From assembly GCA_040222015.1 (NCBI GenBank), contig JAVJWO010000178.1:80390-144389 (forward strand): a DNA stretch of 64,000 bases. Reading direction: 5' to 3'. The stretch is from Coleofasciculus chthonoplastes F2-STO-03. Lineage in GTDB: Bacteria > Cyanobacteriota > Cyanobacteriia > Cyanobacteriales > Coleofasciculaceae. Every line of letters begins with the position of its first letter. Position 1 is the first letter of the stretch. Below the pieces are notes generated by a model, which worked only from the letters and a program-made list of their open reading frames with translations, searched no databases and was not told the DNA's origin. Positions 29,720-41,300 of the stretch are shown in pieces. A program made the position numbers and the translations under genes.

Positions 29720-31162
29720 TCATGGCGGAGTTTGCGATCGCAGATGATCAGGCTTGACTCTATCCAGAATTATAGAGACTGTTTTAGCTTCAGGAGATTG
29801 CAGGCGCTGCAAGATATCTAGGGCTTGCTGTAAGTAGTTGAGGGCGATTTCAATTTCTCCTTTTTTATCCGCGAATAACTGTCCTAGCATTGCCAAGGTG
29901 ACGGCTTGATTTTGAACATCACCAATGCGTTGAGTTAAGTCTTTAGACTGCTGATAAAGGGTGATCGCTTCTTCGATTTCCCCCTGTTGGACGTGAATCA
30001 ATGCCAGATTGTGTAATATCGCTGCTTCTCCTTGCATATGCCCTGTGCGCCGTGCGATGTTTAAGGATTGTTGATAAAGAGTGATCGCTTCTTCCATTTC
30101 CCCCTGTTTAGCGTAGATATCTGCTAATTGGTTTAATGTTGCTGCTTCTCCTTGCATATGCCCTATACGGCGTGCAATGTTTAAGGATTGTTGATAAAGA
30201 GCGATCGCTTGTTCGATTTTCCCCTGTTTGACGTAGATAGTGGCTAAAGCATGCAACGTTGCCGCTTCTGCTTGCACGTCGCCTAAGTGCTTGGCTATGT
30301 TTAAGGATTCTTGAAAAAGAGCGATCCCTTCCTGAAATATTCCCTGGTTAAGTTGAATTATTCCTAATTCATATAATGCTGTTGCGTGAAGGGATGCTAA
30401 ATTCTCATTATCGTTGGCTAATTCTAAGGCTTGTTCCAAATGTTCCCTAGCTTTGGCAACCTCTCCCTGACTAGAATAGGCTTGTCCTAACTGAATCAAA
30501 ATATTAATGCGTGTCTTAAGATGCGCCCCTGTGTCTGAATAACCCGAAGGACAATATTCCATTAACAAACGCTGGAGTAAATCAATCCGTTCTTGCTTTT
30601 CCGATAATTCCAAACTTCCCAGCATTCTATCTGAACCGATAGTTTGCTGAATCGCTTCCTCTCTGGTTAATTGTCCCGTTTCAAAATGAAACACTTTTCT
30701 ACCCCACGCCCAAAAATCCGGGGCATATTTCGCCAGTCGAGTTATCGCATAATCGGGTAAAACGAACAAAATAGGATGAGGTACACTAGCTGTAAAGGCA
30801 TCACGCACAAAATTCAGGTCTTGCAGTACGTGCGGATAGTCCCCCGACATACCAATTGATTTCTCTAGACCAATAATAATTAGAACTAATTTTTTATCTT
30901 TATCTTTGGGAATTTTATTTAATTCCTCAACAATTGCATCCCGCACAAACCGCAAATTGGGATCAGATAATTTCACTACCTCAAACTGAATTTCCTGACA
31001 TTGAGGATGAGTCTTGATAATCTCAATTAAATTATCTCTATCTTTAGCAAAGTTCACCTCAACAAAGCCAATAGTTAATTTATAATCCGCAAAATCCATA
31101 AACATCACCAGTTCAGCCAATGACTGCTGATTCCGGGCAATAAAGACCTCTCGTTCTGACAT
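29720..31162 (-). CDS. TPR protein with N-terminal degenerate P-loop-like domain (APDFWxW type)
   Basis: LNFVRDAF...APDFWAW; 40-aa TPR repeats such as EAATLNQLADIYAKQGEMEEAITLYQQSL. Confidence 0.85.
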   Translation of the reverse strand: MSEREVFIARNQQSLAELVMFMDFADYKLTIGFVEVNFAKDRDNLIEIIKTHPQCQEIQFEVVKLSDPNLRFVRDAIVEELNKIPKDKDKKLVLIIIGLEKSIGMSGDYPHVLQDLNFVRDAFTASVPHPILFVLPDYAITRLAKYAPDFWAWGRKVFHFETGQLTREEAIQQTIGSDRMLGSLELSEKQERIDLLQRLLMEYCPSGYSDTGAHLKTRINILIQLGQAYSSQGEVAKAREHLEQALELANDNENLASLHATALYELGIIQLNQGIFQEGIALFQESLNIAKHLGDVQAEAATLHALATIYVKQGKIEQAIALYQQSLNIARRIGHMQGEAATLNQLADIYAKQGEMEEAITLYQQSLNIARRTGHMQGEAAILHNLALIHVQQGEIEEAITLYQQSKDLTQRIGDVQNQAVTLAMLGQLFADKKGEIEIALNYLQQALDILQRLQSPEAKTVSIILDRVKPDHLRSQTPP

Positions 31163-31166
31163 CTCT

Positions 31167-31494
31167 TTAGGGAGTGCTAGACGTTCGTTGGGCGAGTTGA
31201 AGGGCGTCTTGGAATGGATTGCTGTGTTTCAATACAGGATTAATATAATTCCAGCGATTCGTACCGTTATATTCCAATACTGAGGTATTGAATAACATTA
31301 ACTGTCCCGTTTCATCTTTCTCAATATCCTTGGTTAAACAAACTTGCGCTAACTCCTTCAATCGCTTCCGTATTCCGTACTGCTGACAAATCCACATAAT
31401 ATCGTTCCACATCTGGACCCAGCAGGGGACCCACATCACAAGCCCGAAAAGCTGTTTTCAGGGTGGTAGCGCGGTTGGGAGGGAGTGAAGTCAT
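31167..31494 (-). pseudogene. Internally deleted ATPase partner of the TPR gene
   Basis: From ATG 31494 reads MTSLPPNRATTLKTAFRACDVGPL...RYYVDLSAVR, then switches frame near 31350 into LAQVCLTK...LFNTSVLEYNG..WNYINPVL; both resemble ends of cyanobacterial ATPases paired with such TPR genes. Confidence 0.7.
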
Positions 31495-31736
31495 TGGGTG
31501 AATTGAATGGCGATGCCGATTAGGGAAAATAGCGACACCTACATTTTACTCACATCTTGCACCAGGGGTAAGACTGTAAATCCCAAGTTACCTTATGGTG
31601 GACAAGAATAACAAACGATACTATTAGAGTATTTTAGTTTATCCTTCTTACCACCCTACATAACTACGGATGTGAAAACCCGCGCAGGCGGGTTTCGTTT
31701 GTGTAGCTGCGGTTTCAACCGCTTAATAAATTCTCC

Positions 31737-33293
31737 CTAAAACCTAGCAACCGCACCACCCCGACGGTTGTCGCCAGCGCCGACAATTAAGCCATCAGCA
31801 GTTTTTATCACCGTATGAACTCCGCCAAAAAACAAATTCTTTTCGCGCCAACGCACAACCTGTTGGTTTGTCAATAATGGATTAAGTATTTCCGCTTCAG
31901 TTAAACCTGGTTCGATATGAAACCGACCATTTTCTCCATGGGTTCTCGGACTATTCACGGCTTGCTCAACCGTCATGTTAAAATCTAAAATATTAGAAAT
32001 AACTTGTAAAATAGCCGTCCTAATTCGATTAGAACCTCCTGACCCTAAAACAACTTCTGCCTGATTAGGCTGCAAAACAATCGAGGGAGACATCATCGAC
32101 GAAATCCGCACATTTTCTTGCCACTGATGAAAGCCTTGGGGATTTAAGTCTTCCTCTCCTAACATATTATTCACCATAATCCCTGTCCCGGGAATCACAT
32201 AACCTGACCCTTCCCCGTTAGATGTGGTAACACTAGCGGCATTTCCAGCCTCGTCGATGACACTAATATGGGTGGTACTGCCCCATTTATTTACCGTTTC
32301 GGCTAAGTCTTGTTGATACTGGGCAATAGAATCGTCAGCTAAAAATTGTTCAACAATATTCTGTTGATACAAATAATTATTTAACCCCGTCTGTCTGGCT
32401 GCATTTGTCAATTGCATAACCTGTGCCAAAATTTCTAAATGACGCGCACTGCCAAAGCTCAGATTCGCTAAATCAACGGTAGATAATAATTTTAATGCCC
32501 AAGCTATCAATATTCCACCGGAACTGGGAGGCGGGTTGGTGAATAAGGTATTGCCTCGATAATTAATCGTTAAAGGTTGCCGTTCGATGACCTGATAATG
32601 CTTTAAATCTTCTAAGGTTAAATATCCCCCGAATTCCTGACAATCGTTGACTAATTGATGAGCAATATCTCCTTGATAAAATTCCCGAACTCCATTTTTC
32701 GCCAAATACGCTAATGTATCGGCAAAATCTGGCATGATTATTGTTCCATTGGGTTCGATGGGTTCACCTGTGAGAATAAACACATTTTTTTCGTTTTGAT
32801 GCGCTATAAGGATTGGTGCCAAAATTGAAGTTAAACAATAATATTGAAATCGATTTAATTGAACCCCATGTTTGGCATAGTGAATCGCGGGTTCGGCTAT
32901 AACGTGGAAGGGTAAACTACCCAATCGTTGGTGAACGTGAAACACGCCAGCTATATTTCCGGGAACCGCCATAGAACCTAGTCCGATATGAAACTCTTGG
33001 ATAGCACCACCAAAATTAACATCAACGGGATAAAAATTAATTTCATTCTCAGGACGTTTTTGACGTGGAGTTTGGCTAAAAAAATCAAAGAGAATATTTT
33101 GATTCGTTTGGGTATGGGCTAAGAGGAAACCGCCTCCCGCCCCTGAGGTGAGTCCCGGTTCCGTAACAAAGGAGGCGAGAATCGCTGCAACCGCCGCATC
33201 AAAGGCATTACCACCAAGGCGAAACATTTCCCTGCCCGCCTCAGCCGTTTTGTCATGTCCAGCCGCGATCGCGCCGCGTGTTTTTTGTGTCAT
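31737..33293 (-). CDS. ggt: Gamma-glutamyltransferase
   Basis: GGNAFDAAVA, PPPSSGG, TTHISVID, SMMSP, GSGGSNRI. Confidence 0.95.
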   Translation of the reverse strand: MTQKTRGAIAAGHDKTAEAGREMFRLGGNAFDAAVAAILASFVTEPGLTSGAGGGFLLAHTQTNQNILFDFFSQTPRQKRPENEINFYPVDVNFGGAIQEFHIGLGSMAVPGNIAGVFHVHQRLGSLPFHVIAEPAIHYAKHGVQLNRFQYYCLTSILAPILIAHQNEKNVFILTGEPIEPNGTIIMPDFADTLAYLAKNGVREFYQGDIAHQLVNDCQEFGGYLTLEDLKHYQVIERQPLTINYRGNTLFTNPPPSSGGILIAWALKLLSTVDLANLSFGSARHLEILAQVMQLTNAARQTGLNNYLYQQNIVEQFLADDSIAQYQQDLAETVNKWGSTTHISVIDEAGNAASVTTSNGEGSGYVIPGTGIMVNNMLGEEDLNPQGFHQWQENVRISSMMSPSIVLQPNQAEVVLGSGGSNRIRTAILQVISNILDFNMTVEQAVNSPRTHGENGRFHIEPGLTEAEILNPLLTNQQVVRWREKNLFFGGVHTVIKTADGLIVGAGDNRRGGAVARF

Positions 33294-33628
33294 AACAGTT
33301 AATGTCTAGTCCGAATAACCACCAGAAGCTTTTGAGTTATAGCAGTTATTCACATGATCATAACTAGCATCAGGATCAGCATGCGGTTGTGACAGTTACC
33401 AAATTGTCTCGTTGTTTAGCCATCAGAGTGAGGGTTCGCGGCGCGATGTATAGGACACTGTTATCCTTTAACTACTTATCCCACAATGATTTAGACAGTC
33501 TATCTCAGATAAGGAATTGATGCAGTAACTTTTGACAATTAATAAAAGTGGCACATCTCTTGTTCGGTGAATTCCATTCAAACCTTTAGCGTTGAATACA
33601 ACATAAACTTAGCGCCACAAATGGTCAA

Positions 33629-34321
33629 ATGCTAACTACTCATCCCCGTAAAAAAGCACTTTTGGCGTTGCTACTGCTTGTATCTGCTGCCAGCTTCGGA
33701 GTAACCATGGCATTATATATTGCGCCAGGTTCTCTAGGACAGAGGATATTTTCCCTGTGCAAAGTCTGGTTATTGGCACTCCCCCTAGTCTGGTTTGTTT
33801 GGGTGGATCATGGCAAATTTAGACTATGCCTACCGAAAAAACATGAATTGTTAGCAGGTACAATATTAGGAATGTTAATGTTTGCTATAATTCTCAGTGC
33901 CTATTGGCTGTTGGGTCAGCAGTGGATTGATGTGATGGATGTCCGGACTAAGGCAAAGCAAGCAGGTATTACTAGCCCAAAGATTTATCTGGGTGGCGCA
34001 TTATATTTTACCTTTATTAATGCGCTAATTGAAGAGTATATCTGGCGTTGGTTTGTGTATAAAAAATGTGAGGTATTGGTATCTGGGACAAAAGCCGTAT
34101 TCTTGGCGGCGATGCTATTCACTCTCCATCACATTATTGCCTTAGCCGCTTATACTGCTGATTGGGGCGTCGTCCTATTAGGTTCCGTGGGCGTATTCAT
34201 CGCTGGAGCAGTATGGTCATGGTGTTATCTCACCTATCGTACCTTATGGTCAAGTTACATCAGCCACATTCTCGCCGATTTAGCGATCGCAATTGTGGGT
34301 TGGCATCTGCTATTTGGGTAG
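33629..34321 (+). CDS. CPBP (CAAX/Abi) intramembrane glutamic endopeptidase
   Basis: EEYIWR, FTLHH, SHILAD motifs. Confidence 0.9.
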   Translation: MLTTHPRKKALLALLLLVSAASFGVTMALYIAPGSLGQRIFSLCKVWLLALPLVWFVWVDHGKFRLCLPKKHELLAGTILGMLMFAIILSAYWLLGQQWIDVMDVRTKAKQAGITSPKIYLGGALYFTFINALIEEYIWRWFVYKKCEVLVSGTKAVFLAAMLFTLHHIIALAAYTADWGVVLLGSVGVFIAGAVWSWCYLTYRTLWSSYISHILADLAIAIVGWHLLFG

Positions 34322-34490
34322 CTAAGATGATAATCATGAAATTTCTAAGTGTAAATTATGCCTAGTTTCATCTCTTTATGCCATTGAAATTGTAGGAGAT
34401 TAACGGAGTCAGGCAAATGCGGCATAAAATACTGTTCGATTCATTCTAATTTTTAGACGAGAAGCAAAGGAGTTACGATGAGGAGTTACG

Positions 34491-34592
34491 ATGAATAGAT
34501 ATCTGGATCAAATCTTGAAGCGGCGTCGCTGGTTACTGCTGAGTCTGTTTGTTGCTCTAGCTATTCTCACCTATTTTAGTCAACCCGTTTAA
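34491..34592 (+). CDS. Putative 33-aa single-TM small protein
   Basis: AGGAG 5 nt before ATG; MNRYLDQILKRRRWLLLSLFVALAILTYFSQPV. Confidence 0.5.
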   Translation: MNRYLDQILKRRRWLLLSLFVALAILTYFSQPV

Positions 34593-34685
34593 CAGAACTA
34601 TTTTCCTTGTCTCTTCTCAGAACGACTTGGGCAAGTAAGGGATGCACCCATTCCTTATTTTATTGCCTATTGCCGTAACCACTAC

Positions 34686-35450
34686 TTATCGAGTTTGGCG
34701 CTTGAGGATAGAAGTCGTACCCAAAACAGCCGTTATCAGTAGACCTAACACCGAAGTAGGTTCAGGAACAGATTCCGACCTCGTGTCGTCCGACCTCGTG
34801 TCGGTCAAAAGAGGCATTGGTTCACCTCTATTATTCTCTGTCTCTGAGTCAGTTAGTGACTCTGGGAAACTTACAGCATCTCTATCAGCCAGGTTGCTGG
34901 CAAAGCTGAAATTATCCATTTGAAACGCTTCATTTGCCGCCGAGACAGCCAGTGGAGGTGACTGCATCGCAAACGATAGGGAATTAAATGCTGTATCCGC
35001 AACGATTCCCAGGAAACCAGTACCTTGTCTCTGAAGATACTCCGAGAAGACCACCGTATCTACACCTGGTATTTCATCGAACAAACCCGAAACCGTTAAT
35101 CCTCCATTACTGGTTGTTGAGCTAAAGTCAGCGCCGAATCCGAGTATTTGAGACGGAAACTCAAACTCGACACTCTCAGAACGACTCGGTGTAGAGGTAT
35201 CAAATTGACCCGAACTCCAGACTGATGACATCCCTGTAACCTGAATGCCACTCTCCAGGAGTAAGTTTTCACTTTGGTTTTGAGGTGTCGAGAAGGTTTC
35301 AGTCGTAATGTTAGAAACTGTTTCCTCCCAAGCCGTCCGGTCAGTAAACACAGTCACTGCTTCAGCCGGAGTCACACCTGTTCCCAAAGCCATCAAAGTC
35401 GCGCTAGCTGCTGTCATTGATAAGGTTTTCATGGCAGTTGATGTAAACAT
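34686..35450 (-). CDS. PEP-CTERM sorting domain protein
   Basis: Signal peptide (AEA) and C-terminal VPEPTSVLGLL...LKRQ. Confidence 0.92.
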   Translation of the reverse strand: MFTSTAMKTLSMTAASATLMALGTGVTPAEAVTVFTDRTAWEETVSNITTETFSTPQNQSENLLLESGIQVTGMSSVWSSGQFDTSTPSRSESVEFEFPSQILGFGADFSSTTSNGGLTVSGLFDEIPGVDTVVFSEYLQRQGTGFLGIVADTAFNSLSFAMQSPPLAVSAANEAFQMDNFSFASNLADRDAVSFPESLTDSETENNRGEPMPLLTDTRSDDTRSESVPEPTSVLGLLITAVLGTTSILKRQTR

Positions 35451-36028
35451 GGTTGCTTGAAAGTAAAGGTTTACGAGGACTCTTCTTTGAAGAAAAAATC
35501 GGGACGATGTAATTTGACGGAATCTGGATGGTTTACATTACATGTTTTTGGCGTTGTTTCTGAGCGGTGATTGAATTTGCTTGATTAATTAAATCCTGTC
35601 ATATACGTATTTTCACTGTCCAGCAAAACCACTCAACTTTACAAAAACTTTGATGTTTGTAAATTACATTAAGTCAGGTTTACATCTCTGTGGTCTTTTA
35701 ATGGTAAGGGTTTAGGTGATTTACGTCAGATACCAAATGTAAAAACTTTACAAAGTAAATAGTGTAGAAAATAAAAATATTGATTTATGAAAAATTTATG
35801 GAATTTGTAAAGGCTTTATGAGGTCTTCACAAAAGACCAGGATAAAAAAGACATCCGTAAAATTCCGGAATACTGAAGTGGGGATAGATGAGGTTCTTGA
35901 TCAAAACTTGGTAAATTGCAACTATTTTTTATCCGAAGAAAATTTAAGTGAAGTTAAGCGTTCTATTTTTGGCGCAACGCAGCAGGTCTTGTAGCTGATT
36001 TAATGGAAACAGCGAACATATTTCACCC

Positions 36029-36817
36029 ATGACCCGCTCCTCTATGTATCACCTTGGCTTTGGGCAAGATGACCTCGGTTCACCGCCGCCTACCCTGGCG
36101 CTGTTATCTGGTGATCCGCAACGCGCTTCTCAGATTGCTCAAGACTATTTGCAGGAGGGACGTCTGCTCTTGGAAAATCGGGGATTAAACAGTTATCTGG
36201 GCAAATTGTCCAATAATTGCCCGATTTTATCAGCAACGAGTGGGATGGGCGCACCGTCTCTGAGTATCGTGGTGAATGAGTTGGTGCAATTGGGGATTGA
36301 GACAATTATTCGGGTGGGGACTTGTGGGTCAATTCAAGAGTATGTCCCGGTGGGTAGTATTGTGATTACTCGTGCGGCATTATGTCGCCAAGGTGCAGCT
36401 AATGATATTGCTCCAATTGAATATCCGGCGGCGGCTGATCCGTTTCTCACGGTGAGATTAGTGGAGGCGGCGCGGGAGTTAGGGATTGAGCATTATCTGG
36501 GGATTACGGCGTCGGTGGATACATTTTATGAAGGGCAAGAACGCACCGATTCGGCGAATCCTTATTTAATCCGTCGGCTTCAAGGGATTACTCAAGAATA
36601 TCGTCGTTTGAATATTCTTAATTATGAGATGGAATGTGGCACATTATTGAAAATGGCAGGGGTGTATGGATTTGCCGCCGCTTGTGTTTGTGGTGTTATT
36701 GCCCAGCGAACGGCTGGAGAGGGGGTTATTGTCGGGGAGAAAGAGGTAGCTGTGCAGCGTGCGATCGCAGTGGCAGTACGTGCAGCAGAAAATGTTGACA
36801 TAGGGCTTGCTGAATAA
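36029..36817 (+). CDS. udp: Nucleoside (uridine) phosphorylase
   Basis: GDPQRA, GMGAPS, IRVGTCGS, DTFYEGQER, NYEME. Confidence 0.88.
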   Translation: MTRSSMYHLGFGQDDLGSPPPTLALLSGDPQRASQIAQDYLQEGRLLLENRGLNSYLGKLSNNCPILSATSGMGAPSLSIVVNELVQLGIETIIRVGTCGSIQEYVPVGSIVITRAALCRQGAANDIAPIEYPAAADPFLTVRLVEAARELGIEHYLGITASVDTFYEGQERTDSANPYLIRRLQGITQEYRRLNILNYEMECGTLLKMAGVYGFAAACVCGVIAQRTAGEGVIVGEKEVAVQRAIAVAVRAAENVDIGLAE

Positions 36818-37047
36818 GTGTGGGTAGGGAACCGGGAATGGGCAACACAGAACAGTTGTAGTGGGAGCGTATCGCTCGCTACAATAAACCAGCCGACTGA
36901 TAAAGTCGTCTCGATCGCACGTTGGAATTACTCCAGCATACCGCCGTTTGAACAGTTGAGGGCGTCGTCTGAGGCAATTTAGCATAACAGGTACGGAAGA
37001 ACCGTTAGGGTTTGCTGCAGGGAGTTTCCCGTTTGTGCAGCAAGCCC
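36803..37047. mobile_element. MITE with GGGCTTGCTG...CAGCAAGCCC terminal inverted repeats
   Basis: 10-bp perfect inverted repeat; the same end motif occurs at about 63341. Confidence 0.7.
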
Positions 37048-37049
37048 CA

Positions 37050-37877
37050 CTAGCCGAGCATTTCCGGGTCAATTCCTAAGGTTTGAAGTTGTTCCGGAGT
37101 GAGGGATTTAAGCTGCTGTGCTAACTGCTGTCTTTTCTGTCGCTCTTGTTCTAACTGCTGCAGCGCTTGTTGCTTCTCTAGTCGCTCCTGTTGGGCTTGT
37201 TCTTGTCCGGTTAACCATAAGTTCCCCTGTTCATCCCACCAACGTAGCCAGCATTGTTCTGGCTGATTCAAAATAACTCCTCGCCATACCCCTAACTCAA
37301 CCTCCATTGGCTTAATCGGATAATGTCCCCGTTGATTCGGAGTCATCGGCTCATAATCCGTACCGACAAGGTGATACATCTCCAACCTATCGTTGCTGAT
37401 TTGATAGATGCCATAATAGGGAACTCTCATCACCCGTTCATAGACCCAAAATTTACCCGGTTTGGTGACGACTCCGGTTTCAGTACGAGATAAGGGAGTA
37501 TCATCACGTTCCTCACTCCCATCTCCAGAGGCAAACTCTAAGACGATGGTGGGTGTAATATATTCCCGCCACAACACATAAGAGCGACGGATGACTCCAT
37601 CTAATCGAGGCGGTACATTTGGCACATAAAACCAGTCTGGCGCTTCTGCTCCCTTCTCCGGTGGGTCAGTTTCGCGCCAGTAAATCCCACAATCTTGTCC
37701 AATACAATATTGCCCGTCTGGATGCAGTCGCCGCAAGGTTGAATCAAGGGAATCAGTGAGAATTAGGCTTTGGGGATGCTCCTGGAAATTTTTCACGAAT
37801 GTACCATCTGATTCAGGTAACTGGGTATGGTCAGGAAATTGAGGCGGTAGATTAATCTCTGTTAGTATTTCAGGCAT
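37050..37877 (-). CDS. Uma2 (DUF820) family protein
   Basis: PDHTQLPESDG, APDWFYVP, LEFASGDGSEE. Confidence 0.9.
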   Translation of the reverse strand: MPEILTEINLPPQFPDHTQLPESDGTFVKNFQEHPQSLILTDSLDSTLRRLHPDGQYCIGQDCGIYWRETDPPEKGAEAPDWFYVPNVPPRLDGVIRRSYVLWREYITPTIVLEFASGDGSEERDDTPLSRTETGVVTKPGKFWVYERVMRVPYYGIYQISNDRLEMYHLVGTDYEPMTPNQRGHYPIKPMEVELGVWRGVILNQPEQCWLRWWDEQGNLWLTGQEQAQQERLEKQQALQQLEQERQKRQQLAQQLKSLTPEQLQTLGIDPEMLG

Positions 37878-37918
37878 AGTCGAATGAGTGTGGCAACAAA
37901 TATAGCGCTACGCGCCGG

Positions 37919-37980
37919 GCAATGGGCAATAGGCAATGGGCAATGGGCAATAGGCAATAGGCAATAGGCAATAGGCAATA
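37919..37980. repeat. Heptamer tandem repeat (GCAATAG/GCAATGG)
   Basis: About 9 copies; similar heptamer tracts at 4679-4715, 14186-14220 and 63286-63333. Confidence 0.9.
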
Positions 37981-38044
37981 GTGAAGAAAAACACTTACTC
38001 ATCAAGGGATTGAGAAATTTGAATTTTTCTTCCTTTGTCCTAAT

Positions 38045-38147
38045 TAAGCTGTTCGGCATTTAAACCTTAATGTCAATAATGGCGAAAGGATGGTAGTGCG
38101 AGCATCTTGCTCGCTACTAATACCCAATTTAAATGCATGACAGCTTA
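38045..38147. mobile_element. MITE with TAAGCTG...CAGCTTA ends and internal GCGAGCATCTTGCTCGC hairpin
   Basis: Inverted ends with CATTTAAA/TTTAAATG; related copies at 19348-19445 and 52609-52699. Confidence 0.75.
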
Positions 38148-38326
38148 GAGTGCGTAGTGCTATAACTGCTCCTATTGTCCCGCATCGATGAGGTTAACTG
38201 AACAGTATTGATCCGGCTTCCTCCTCCCTCATCGGAATTTTAGTAGAAAATGTTACTCAACTCGTTTCCGCTACTTTCTCCATTAGACGAAAATAGAGAT
38301 ATTAAGAGAAGAACGGGAACTCTTGA

Positions 38327-41300
38327 ATGTACATCTATCGCACCTCTGGGTTTAATGAGAAAGCAGAACGCTATGGAATTGGCGATCGCATCGATGATCT
38401 GTGTACTCAACTGCAAACTCAACGACTCGATGAAGTGCAATCCCGGTTTGAGCGGGTTTATCCCTACCTAAAGCGCCGCATCCTCAACCAACGCCTGATT
38501 GGTCGTATCCTGCATCTGGATCATCAGCAACTCTTGTGCTTCATTGATATCTTTAAACGGGGTGATCACGACTATGAACAGTTTCTGGAATCCCCCCTTG
38601 ATTATGGTTGCACCCATCTGGAACCCCAACTCGATCGGCAACAGATTCGCGATTGCTTAACCCAAGCTCAATCTCAGCAACAGGCGGTTGCACCCTTACC
38701 TGAACTCCCGGAACGCTTGCGCCCTTGGCTTGATCCGCCGGGATGGGAACGAGATATTGTCCCAGACGATTGGGTGATCTATGAAAGTGAAGAATGGGTG
38801 AGACAGTTGACCACGGTTAAACTGCAAGAGGCGTGGAAAACTTACTATCAGATTATTTCCCAGATTAATACCCATACCGCCCCATCTACGGGAAATGGTA
38901 ATGGTAATCGTGCAGCCATCCCCACCGATAGCTTCGCCGAAACTCTGATTATTTCCCGTGAACCCCAGCTTCCCGAAAATGTCAACCTCTGGAGTGAAAA
39001 CAATTGTTACGTTCTCTACAGCCAGATTGAAACCACGGATACGAGTGTTCGCGGAGTCTTGTTTCTCTTAGCCGCCTTTGATCATCCCCCCTCCAGCGCC
39101 GAGATTACGGAAGTGGGACACCGCACTACCCTATTTAATGGTGCAAACACCCCCAACCGCTTATCCCAACCCCTAACCATCCACGAATTAACGCCCTTCG
39201 CCCGTCGTTCCTATCCCGCTTACCTCTTAGCCGATGCCGAAAGTTGGCTGGCGATTGAACGGGGGAGAGAGGCAAATCTCGCCCTTTCCCCGGAAGAAGA
39301 GGAGATTCTGCAATCGGTATCTTGTCCTACCCCCCAAACCGATTCACTCCCCCTATTTATTAATGGACGGGCGGGTAGTGGCAAGTCCACGATGCTGATT
39401 TATCTGTTTGCCGACTACTGCTACCGTAAATATTACACCCCCCAAGGACATCGCCGTCCCGAACCGCTTCCGGGTAAACCCCTGTTTCTCACCTACAATG
39501 AACGGTTATTAGACATTGCCCGAGATGGAGTGAATCGACTCCTGCGTTCCCACCATCGCTTTGTCGCTGAACGCAGTCCCGGTGATCACATTCCTAATTG
39601 CGATCGCTATTTTCAACCCTTCGGTAAATTTCTGTTAAGCTTACTTCCCCCCCAGGAACGACAACGGTTTAATCCAGACCACTATATTTCCTTCCATCGG
39701 TTCAAACAATTGTATCAGGGAACCCGTCCCGAACCCGCCCTTGCCAAACTGATCCTGCATCTTCCCCAATCCCGCCGCTATTCTCCAGAAATTTGTTGGC
39801 ACATTATTCGCAGTTTTATTAAAGGCTATGGTCAATCGGACGACATGACGCCGGAAGATTATCAAGAGGAAGTTCCTCGCAAAGAACGCACGATTGATGT
39901 AGATAAATTTCAGGGAATCTATGACACGATTTGGCAACACTGGTATAAACATCTAACCACGGAACTGGATTACTGGGATGACCAAGATTTAATTGCCAGA
40001 GTCTTGGAATTGAAGTGTTATCATCCCCACTATACCGCTATCTTTTGCGATGAAGCCCAAGACTTTACCCGCCTAGAGTTACAGCTTATTATGCGGTTGT
40101 CGCTGTTTTCCCAATACCATTTGGGATACCAACCGATTCCTAGTTTACCCTTTGCCTTTGCTGGTGATCCCTTTCAAACCTTAAACCCCACCGGATTCCA
40201 TTGGTCTAGCACCCAATCGGCTTTTGATGCGGAAGTGATTACCGCCCTTGATCCGGCGGATCAGTTAAAGTTGACGGTTAATTTTCAGGAACTATCCTAT
40301 AACTATCGGTCTAGTCTATCTATTGTTCAATTCACCAATTTAATTCAGCTTTGGCGTCACGTCCTCTTTGACATTCCCGAACTCCAACCCCAAACCGCAT
40401 GGCATCCAGGTGATTTTCCTGAACCGCAAATGTTTATTCTAAATCAGACGATTAGTGCGGAGGAATTAATCACCTATATCAAAGACACGATTATCATTGT
40501 TCCCTGTGAAGAAGGAGAGGAACTGGCGTATGCCCAAACGGATCAAGTATTATCTCAAATCTTTGGGCAGTTGAATCCGAGGGAACTCTTAACAGGGAAC
40601 AGGAAACAGGGAACAGAGGAGATGAGGGAATTAACTCAACACTCCACACTATCACCAGAACCCTTAAAAAATGTTTTAAGCGCCATTTCTGCCAAAGGAT
40701 TGGAATTTAAACGGGTGATTCTGTATAAATTTGGTGAAGAGTGTAGCGATAATGTCTGGAACCTACAAGGCGTTGACCAAAAAGTTAAGGTTGAATACTT
40801 TTTCAATAAACTCTATGTCGCCGCTAGTCGAGCAACAGATTATTTATTTATTGTCGATTCAGACACAGGAAACCGTCAACTGTGGAACTATGCCAGTGAT
40901 GAAGCCTTGTTACAGGCAATGTTAGGATATGCTAAACACAAAAGCCGTTGGCAAGATAATGTGAAAACCCTAGCACCGGGTATGCCAAATATGGTAGAGA
41001 CAATGCGTGAAGATGACCCGGGTGCGATCGCGCAAGAATTTCAGCTTAAAGGTTTACATGCAGAGAATCCCAGTTTACTACGCCGAGCCAAACAATTCTA
41101 TCGGGATTTAGGAGATATCACTCAAGCCAACTATTGTCAGGCTTGGGCGCTAAAATTTGAACGGCAGTATCGAGACGCGGGTCACTGTTTCCTGGATTTG
41201 GGGGAATCGGATCAGGCGTGGGATTGCTTCTGGCAGGGGCTGTGCTGGTCAGAATTAGTCGCTTGGGATGATTCGCACCCCCACCATCAATCAGCGCCTG

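Noticed and set aside
31167..31439. 90-aa ORF as a real gene, and GGGTCC repeats as integrase arm sites
   Set aside because: Better explained as two frames of an internally deleted ATPase; the repeats encode GP codons
36644..37072. 142-aa antisense ORF and similar shadow ORFs (e.g. 8104-8790, 18904-19440, 24884-25348, 43895-44362, 63251-63499)
   Set aside because: They overlap well-supported genes or repeats and show no recognisable motifs
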